Positions 58,126 to 64,000 of a stretch of 64,000 bases of DNA are shown one piece after another (position 1 is the first letter of the stretch; every line of letters begins with the position of its first letter). Location of the stretch: the NCBI GenBank assembly GCA_963842925.1, contig CAWJIL010000017.1:178833-242832 (forward strand), written 5' to 3'. The notes beneath the pieces were generated by a model. The model saw nothing but the letters and a program-made list of their open reading frames with translations. It ran no database searches and was not told the DNA's origin. Source of the DNA: an uncultured delta proteobacterium. GTDB taxonomy: Bacteria > Desulfobacterota > Desulfobacteria > Desulfobacterales > B30-G6. A program made the position numbers and the translations under genes.

Positions 58126-58784
58126 TTGCCCCTGTATTCCAAGCTACTTTCTATATATGATGCTATTATGTCACGAGCATCCTTTTGTATTTCAATGAAA
58201 CCAATGCCCAATGCAAGATCATTTTCAAATGCGACCTTCTTTATCTTTCCTTTGAACTCTCTAATCCCATCCAGTCCCAGCACAGGAAATTTCAAGGTAA
58301 CATCACCCTCCTTTTTTATTAATAGATTCTCCAACTGATCAATAGAATCTGTTCTGAATTTACATCCAGCAACACTAATATCAGAGATGATACCTTTTAC
58401 CTCAATGTTTTTAAATAAAAGGGATGCAGGGATATAACTGCTAACTCTTGGAGAGTCCCGATACTCTATTTTGTCAACCACATCAGGAAATGACAAATAC
58501 GTCACCTTAAAGGGTTCTTTGTTCTCTCCCAGAATGGATGTATTGAATTTGTAAATATCGCCTAAGTGGGTATAGCGTACCATTAAAGAGCTTCCTTTTG
58601 ATAAAAGATCCTCGTTGCTAATGATTGTGGGTGTTTTGATAATTAGGAAGACATCAGGTTTCATGCCAATAAGGTAACTTGGAAAAATACCCTTGATACC
58701 TTTGATAGTTAGAAACAGGTCAGAAGAAATATCTATATATAGGTGAGTACTTTGATTCTTTTTCAGTTTCTTCTTTCGTGGCAT
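58122..58784 (-). CDS. PilZ domain protein (YcgR-like two-domain)
   Basis: RDSPRV (RxxxR) and DISVAGCKF (DxSxxG) c-di-GMP binding motifs in the C-terminal half. Confidence 0.85.
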   Translation of the reverse strand: MPRKKKLKKNQSTHLYIDISSDLFLTIKGIKGIFPSYLIGMKPDVFLIIKTPTIISNEDLLSKGSSLMVRYTHLGDIYKFNTSILGENKEPFKVTYLSFPDVVDKIEYRDSPRVSSYIPASLLFKNIEVKGIISDISVAGCKFRTDSIDQLENLLIKKEGDVTLKFPVLGLDGIREFKGKIKKVAFENDLALGIGFIEIQKDARDIIASYIESSLEYRGK

Positions 58785-58889
58785 AAAATCCCTCCTTTTT
58801 ATATCAACATGCGCCTGTGTTCCAGCCCTGATATCTGGTGAACGCTAATCCCTCAGTGAATGCTTGGTTGGGCATTGATAGGATCTCCG

Positions 58890-59087
58890 TCAAATCATTT
58901 GGTACGAATCACATTGGGAACATGTATCATTCAGTTCCCGGACCTTCTGGTCGTCAATTGCAAAATTGGCTGGATCGCTGAATAGGGACAATATTTCTTC
59001 TGGCGTTTTTGTGTATTGGCACTGATCAGTATTAAGGTTGATGCATTGGGTGAACAGTAGTGTGTTATTTGCTGCATACTTAGGCAT
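58890..59087 (-). CDS. Small Cys-containing hypothetical protein
   Basis: ATG at 59087 preceded by AAGGAGG. 65 aa with 4 Cys (C..C and CSQC). Confidence 0.45.
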   Translation of the reverse strand: MPKYAANNTLLFTQCINLNTDQCQYTKTPEEILSLFSDPANFAIDDQKVRELNDTCSQCDSYQMI

Positions 59088-59460
59088 GGTAAAACCTCCT
59101 TGGTAGAGGTTAGGTGCTGTTGAGATAGTGCCAGAATGGATGAAGATGATCAAGACAGAAAATTTGGGACTGAATACGGAGGGAAAATGGGTGTTGCTGG
59201 TGTTTAAAGGACGAAAATGGTATGATCTTAGATAGTGTAGAGAGTCGATTTCAACTGGTTTCCACTAGAAGCTATCTCAAAAAAGTTTTTTGTCCCAATT
59301 TCTGTGTTGGTCCCTTGCTCCAACTCCTCGGAATACTACAGTATGCCTGCGGGTTGAAGTTCGGGCCCGCCTTGAACTTGAACCAAAACCCTTTTTTTGA
59401 GATAACTTCCAACAGATCAACCATCGACTGGATTGAAGACCCGCTTTGCAAGGGCAGAAC

Positions 59461-59492
59461 CCACGGGGGATGTGCTCGCTTTTCCGGTTCAT
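59461..59492 (+). repeat. ~33-nt direct repeat, copy 2
   Basis: CCACGGGGGATGTGCTCGCTTTTCCGGTTCAT, ~80% identical by eye to copy 1. Lies 28 nt upstream of the ATG at 59520. Confidence 0.7.
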
Positions 59493-59519
59493 GCAAACGT
59501 TAACAAAAATGGAGACATC

Positions 59520-60536
59520 ATGAAACAAATCGTAATTACAAAATATGGCGATACCGATGTATTAAACGTACAAGAAAACAAAGATCCCTTACCTTCTGCT
59601 GGAGAGGTCCTCATAAAAGTAAAAGCGATTGGAATCAATTTTGCAGATATTCTCGCAAGAAAGGGACTGTACCCTGATGCCCCAAAGCCGCCCTGTGTTG
59701 TGGGCTATGAAGTATCTGGAATTATAGAAGCCATTGGTCAAGATGTCGATTCTTCAGTCGTTGGCAAATCTGTATTGGCCTTAACTCGATTCAACGGATA
59801 TTCAGATAAGGTTTGTGTTCCAGAAGATGCCGTTTTCACCATTCCAGAAACGCTTGGTTATGAAAGAGCAGCCGCTATACCGGTCAATTATCTGACAGCA
59901 TATCAGTTGATATGTGTTATGGGGGGTCTGAAAAAGGGGGAATCGGTGCTCATTCACAATGCAGGCGGTGGTGTCGGTTTGGCCGCATTAGATATCGCAT
60001 TGCATCTTGGAGCCGTGACATATGGTACTTCCAGTGCTGGAAAACATTCATTTTTAATGGAAAGGGGGTTAAGTCATCCCATTGATTATCGCAACCAAGA
60101 TTTCCTGTCCAATATCATGAGTCTCACTGGCGGAAAAGGTGTAGAGATGGTTATTGATCCGATAGGCGGAAAGAATTGGAAAAAGAACTATAGAGCGTTA
60201 CGATCGACAGGACGTTTGGGTATGTTTGGTGTTTCAACAGTTACTGAATCAACCATGGGGCGATTATTTCAGTTTAGTAAGCTATTAGCACAGATGCCCT
60301 GGTACAATCCATTGGGATTGATGAATGCCAATAAATGTGTATTTGGGGTAAATCTTGGTCATATGTGGAACGAAAGAAACAAAATAAGTGCATGGATGCA
60401 AACAATTCTCAAAGGCGTTGAGGACGGGTGGGTTCGACCTCATATAGACAAAACCTTTCCATTTGAACAGGCAGGGGAAGCACATGCCTATGTAGAAGCA
60501 CGAAAAAACATCGGAAAAATTGTTTTAGTTCGTTGA
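59520..60536 (+). CDS. Zinc-type alcohol dehydrogenase / quinone oxidoreductase (MDR superfamily)
   Basis: MKQIVITKYGDTDVL.., GYEVSG, nucleotide-binding NAGGGVGLAA. The upstream part of track ORF 59433.. is probably not translated. Confidence 0.85.
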   Translation: MKQIVITKYGDTDVLNVQENKDPLPSAGEVLIKVKAIGINFADILARKGLYPDAPKPPCVVGYEVSGIIEAIGQDVDSSVVGKSVLALTRFNGYSDKVCVPEDAVFTIPETLGYERAAAIPVNYLTAYQLICVMGGLKKGESVLIHNAGGGVGLAALDIALHLGAVTYGTSSAGKHSFLMERGLSHPIDYRNQDFLSNIMSLTGGKGVEMVIDPIGGKNWKKNYRALRSTGRLGMFGVSTVTESTMGRLFQFSKLLAQMPWYNPLGLMNANKCVFGVNLGHMWNERNKISAWMQTILKGVEDGWVRPHIDKTFPFEQAGEAHAYVEARKNIGKIVLVR

Positions 60537-60773
60537 TACTGACCAAGAATTCAACATCAAGCAGGTTCGCCCATAACCTAATCAGAGTCCGATATATACA
60601 TGGGAAAAACTTCCAAAAGTCATGAAGATCTTTTTGGAAAGGGATCAGGCTGTAAGGGTATCACAAAATCTTACAAACATTAATTAAGTATATCTTCTTG
60701 ACATTATTAATTATATTTGTCATTTTTTCCATACGATTTCATTATTAATAGTTTCCTTTTTCAGGAACACTAA

Positions 60774-60902
60774 GAGACACGAACAAAAGTAGACCGGAAA
60801 GGCAGGACGCCTGCTACATGGGGCGATCAGATAATACCGCCAAAGAAGGTGGTCACGTTTAAATACAGTGGCAAATTTAGAGAAAAGATCAATGGAGGCT
60901 AA
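60774..60902 (+). pseudogene. C-terminal remnant of an HU/IHF-family gene
   Basis: ..DRKGRTPATWGDQIIPPKKVVTFKYSGKFREKINGG* parallels [36 protein letters not shown] of 36949..37233. An in-frame stop lies at 60771-60773 and there is no N-terminal half. Confidence 0.6.
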
Positions 60903-60903
60903 T

Positions 60904-61578
60904 ATGTGCGGCAGGTTTGTTGGGTTCACTACCCTGGAAATGCTATTGGCGCACTTTCCCATCGATGTGGCTGACGCCCAAGTCAAACCCAACTACAATG
61001 TTGCCCCCACCCAAGAGATACTCGCCATCGCCCGATATGAAGAAAAAAATCACCTAAAAAACTTTCACTGGGGGTTAGTCCCTTTCTGGGCAAAAGAGTT
61101 ATCCATCGGAAGCCGGTTAATCAACGCACGATCAGAGACAGCTGCAATCAAACCCAGTTTTCGCACTGCCCTTAAAGAACGAAGATGCCTCATCCCTTCC
61201 AATGGTTTCTATGAATGGAAAGGGTCTAAAGGACAAAAACAACCCATGTTCTTGACTCTGCCGGATGGTAAGCCATTTGCCTTTGCAGGTCTGTGGGAAA
61301 CCTGGGATAATAAAGGCAAAGAAGAATCCCCCTATCTTTCCTGCTCGATACTGACCAGAGCGGCCAGTGACTCTGTTAGACCCATACATCACAGGATGCC
61401 GGTTATCCTGAAACCGGATGCCTTTGACACTTGGCTCGATCCAAACAACCGGGATATCAATTCGCTCTTGGAAATTATCCAGAATCGGATCCATACGGAA
61501 CTCATCAGCATTCCCGTGTCCAAGCAGGTTAATTCGGTAAAGAACAATGGCCCTAATAATATACAGGCGATAGAATAG
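60904..61578 (+). CDS. SOS response-associated peptidase (SRAP/YedK family)
   Basis: Starts MCGRF (catalytic Cys2). ..NARSET.. and ..RCLIP.NGFYEW.. motifs. Confidence 0.9.
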   Translation: MCGRFVGFTTLEMLLAHFPIDVADAQVKPNYNVAPTQEILAIARYEEKNHLKNFHWGLVPFWAKELSIGSRLINARSETAAIKPSFRTALKERRCLIPSNGFYEWKGSKGQKQPMFLTLPDGKPFAFAGLWETWDNKGKEESPYLSCSILTRAASDSVRPIHHRMPVILKPDAFDTWLDPNNRDINSLLEIIQNRIHTELISIPVSKQVNSVKNNGPNNIQAIE

Positions 61579-61628
61579 GTACTTTTAGAAGCAAACAGAA
61601 AGAAAGAACAGAGGAGTCTTCCTATCCC

Positions 61629-62636
61629 ATGAAACGATCTATTATAAAAAGCACTGGCAGATATGTGCCAGAAAATCGCGTGGCGAATGAAGCGTTGAGC
61701 GAATTGATGGAAACATCAAATGAATGGATTGTGCAACGCACAGGCATCGAGGCAAGGTATTGGGTCAGCGAAGGCAAGGATGTGGGAACATCGGACCTTG
61801 CGTATGAGGCTGCAATCATCGCATTGGAAAGAGCGGGCTGGAGTCCCGAGAATTTAGATTTAATTGTATTTGCAACCATGACACCCGATGTGAACATACC
61901 TGGTTCTGGGGCATTCTTGCAAAATAGACTGGGTGCGAAAAACGTGCCTGCCCTTGATATCCGCCAGCAGTGCACTGGATTTCTGCATGGACTGGAAATC
62001 TGTGATGCATATATCAGGAGCGAAAAAGCGCAGAAGATTCTTCTGATTGGTGCTGAATATCAAAGTCGATACTTAGAGCTCACAACCGAAAACCGTGATA
62101 CTGCGGTGATATTTGCTGATGGTGCCGGCGCTGTTTGTATTGAGGCAGTTGAAACCAGCGACAACATTGGAATCATAACATCAATTCTCCATGCTGACGG
62201 AAAATATTCTGCTGCATTGCGAGCAGGGATGCCTGCTCGAAAATCTGGTAAGGCAATCAGTCCAACCGTCATAAAAAATAAGGAACATTTTCCTTATATG
62301 GATGGGAAAACAGTGTTCAAATTAGCTGTGACCCTCCTGCCAAAAGTAACAGGGGAATTGTTGAAAAAAGCAAACATGCGTATCGAAGATGTAGATATGT
62401 TTATTCCCCATCAGGCAAATTTGAGAATTAACGAAGCTTTCAGGGAACGGATGAAAATTCCCGAAGAAAAAATATACAACAATATTCAACGATATGGAAA
62501 TACAACTGCGGCAACCATTCCCATCGCACTTGACGAACTTATTGAAAAAAACATGCTGAAACCAGGGGACACAGTCATGTTCATTGGCTTGGGTGCAGGG
62601 CTGACATGGGGTGGTGTGATTTATACTTTGCAATAA
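61629..62636 (+). CDS. fabH: 3-oxoacyl-ACP synthase III (FabH family)
   Basis: ..TSNEWIVQRTGI.., active-site Cys in QQCTGF, HQANLRI, GNTTAATIP. Confidence 0.85.
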   Translation: MKRSIIKSTGRYVPENRVANEALSELMETSNEWIVQRTGIEARYWVSEGKDVGTSDLAYEAAIIALERAGWSPENLDLIVFATMTPDVNIPGSGAFLQNRLGAKNVPALDIRQQCTGFLHGLEICDAYIRSEKAQKILLIGAEYQSRYLELTTENRDTAVIFADGAGAVCIEAVETSDNIGIITSILHADGKYSAALRAGMPARKSGKAISPTVIKNKEHFPYMDGKTVFKLAVTLLPKVTGELLKKANMRIEDVDMFIPHQANLRINEAFRERMKIPEEKIYNNIQRYGNTTAATIPIALDELIEKNMLKPGDTVMFIGLGAGLTWGGVIYTLQ

Positions 62637-62655
62637 AGGTGTATCCGGAAAAAAC

Positions 62656-62692
62656 AAGGGGCTTCAATTCCGCAGAAGCCCCTTATTTTTTT
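62656..62692 (+). terminator. Rho-independent terminator downstream of fabH
   Basis: AAGGGGCTTC-9 nt loop-GAAGCCCCTT, followed by ATTTTTTT. Confidence 0.85.
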
Positions 62693-62760
62693 CAATTTTG
62701 TCTGATCGACAGCTGTTAAATATAATAACTGCCGCCATCATATGCATTGGCGTTCAGATG

Positions 62761-63522
62761 TTAGAATTTGTACACAGCCATAATTGCGGTAGAAAGCTGG
62801 CCTTCACTTCCCTCATCCACCACAGGACTGTCATCGCTCGCATCGCCAAGTAATTTGGTAAAACTCACCGCACCCATGGCGCTCCAGTTTTGGTTAATAA
62901 CCCAGTTCGCACCCAGATCGATACCGATATCTTTAATACCTGCATCCGCATCGTAGCGATCCAGACCGCTGCGCCGTCTATCCTTGGCACTGACGCCAAA
63001 ATAGGTCTGCATGTAGTCATCGTCGGCATAGGTGGCGGAGGCTCCGATCGAAAGGACCCAGCTTTCATCTATGACCCAGTTGTAACCGCCCTTCAGCTTT
63101 GAATACCACCCATCATGAGCATCGCCCATATCGTTCAAAAGCTCCACAGAAGCAAACCATTTTTGGTACACAAAACCTCCAAAAACACCCAGTTCACTGG
63201 TACCGTCCACACTTTTCATATCGTCTACGGCATTGTTTTCCACATCCTTGCGCTCCCCACGATAATTGTACACCGGACCCAGCTGCCACATGCTGTTGGG
63301 AAGCAGGTTGGCTCTGAGATTCAAGCCAACTAATTTCACAAACATCCCGTTTTCGAATTTGACATTGGCTACGGGGACCGGAACTGCTTTGTAATCCTCT
63401 GAACCTTCATAATCAGGGACGAAACCAATGCCGCCACCGACCGATACATCTGCAGCCTGTACTGCAGGCGCTAGTAAGCATATGGCCGCCACCAGCACCA
63501 AAAGTTGTTTTCCAAATTTCAT
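62761..63522 (-). CDS. mipA: MipA/OmpV family outer-membrane protein
   Basis: Signal peptide ..APAVQA. ..GGGIGFVPDYEGSEDYK..P.. and C-terminal ..AVYKF, typical of MipA. Confidence 0.8.
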   Translation of the reverse strand: MKFGKQLLVLVAAICLLAPAVQAADVSVGGGIGFVPDYEGSEDYKAVPVPVANVKFENGMFVKLVGLNLRANLLPNSMWQLGPVYNYRGERKDVENNAVDDMKSVDGTSELGVFGGFVYQKWFASVELLNDMGDAHDGWYSKLKGGYNWVIDESWVLSIGASATYADDDYMQTYFGVSAKDRRRSGLDRYDADAGIKDIGIDLGANWVINQNWSAMGAVSFTKLLGDASDDSPVVDEGSEGQLSTAIMAVYKF

Positions 63523-63607
63523 CTGTACTCCCCCTCTTTGTCATTATTTATTGCTTGTATTTTTTCTATTATACGAATAATTTAATGTTTGTCAATATAG
63601 CTGTCCT

Positions 63608-63760
63608 TTGATCAGCATTCCAATGACAAACACCTCCGTAAACCCGCCACGGAGTACCGGTGTCGCAGTTTTTGCGAGCGGATGGACAATTGAACAGTTG
63701 TGGCTGTTCTGGGTGGCGCCCATTGTCGGTGCTGTACCCGGCGCAACAATCTATCGCTAG
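63608..63760 (+). pseudogene. C-terminal fragment of an aquaporin (AqpZ-like)
   Basis: ..[49 protein letters not shown] contains the second NPA-type box (here NPP) and the conserved C terminus. A stop lies at 63578-63580 and nothing precedes it. Confidence 0.7.
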
Positions 63761-64000
63761 ATTGGCAGATCCGACGCCTGAACCGAAACAGCGAGCGCAT
63801 TCCCCGTAGGTTCTGCTGTTCGTCATAATTGAAGGAGCACGCATTAAAACAAAACCACAGCAAAACGGTTCTCCATACAATGGATCTTCTGCGACCACAG
63901 GGAGTCACCGGAACAGTATCAGACGCGTTCTCGTCTGGATCTTGAATGCCGTCCTGCTCACGGGACTTGTGGTCTTCACCGTGCTGCTTGTCTGGGCATT

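Noticed and set aside
63830-64000. Possible start of a membrane protein at the right edge (..IRRVLVWILNAVLLTGLVVFTVLLVWA)
   Set aside because: No convincing start codon is present: GAAGGAG is followed by ATT. The frame runs off the window, so there is too little sequence to support a call.
1-64000. CRISPR arrays, rRNA and tRNA genes
   Set aside because: No regularly spaced short direct repeats with unique spacers were seen, and no rRNA/tRNA-like sequence was recognised on either strand by eye. A tRNAscan/Infernal run would be needed to be certain.

Overview
64-kb window from a Gram-negative-type chromosome (tripartite RND pump, outer-membrane proteins). No rRNA, tRNA or CRISPR array was seen. 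Positions 1-15.7 kb and 56.4-64 kb look like ordinary chromosomal genes: a response-regulator/adenylate cyclase, CYTH proteins, an Fe3+-type ABC importer, a Na/Pi cotransporter, an OMF-MFP-RND efflux operon, an MFS transporter, PilZ, a quinone oxidoreductase, an SRAP peptidase, FabH and MipA. Positions ~15.8-56.35 kb are an AT-richer accessory region full of truncated genes and mobile DNA. It contains an IS1595 remnant and an IS91-type transposase with a tyrosine recombinase. It contains one RT-encoding group II intron directly followed by a ~500-nt ORF-less intron, a second type of ORF-less mini-intron with a truncated copy, and two 5'-truncated intron fragments. It also contains a 2.2-kb serine-recombinase element with 19-bp inverted ends inserted into a reverse-transcriptase remnant. 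The most striking unexplained signal is a ~165-bp non-coding repeat family with at least 15 full or partial copies between 17.0 and 53.5 kb. Every copy has the same orientation as its neighbouring genes: minus-oriented copies with minus-strand genes at 17-36.5 kb, plus-oriented copies with plus-strand genes at 40.6-53.5 kb. Copies usually end 10-140 nt upstream of the next start codon. Both ends of the repeat are the insertion points of the group II introns. This gives the region a cassette-array-like look, but without canonical attC cores or an integron integrase. All calls come from reading the sequence and ORF translations by eye. No database search was run, and repeat and intron boundaries are approximate (a few nt).
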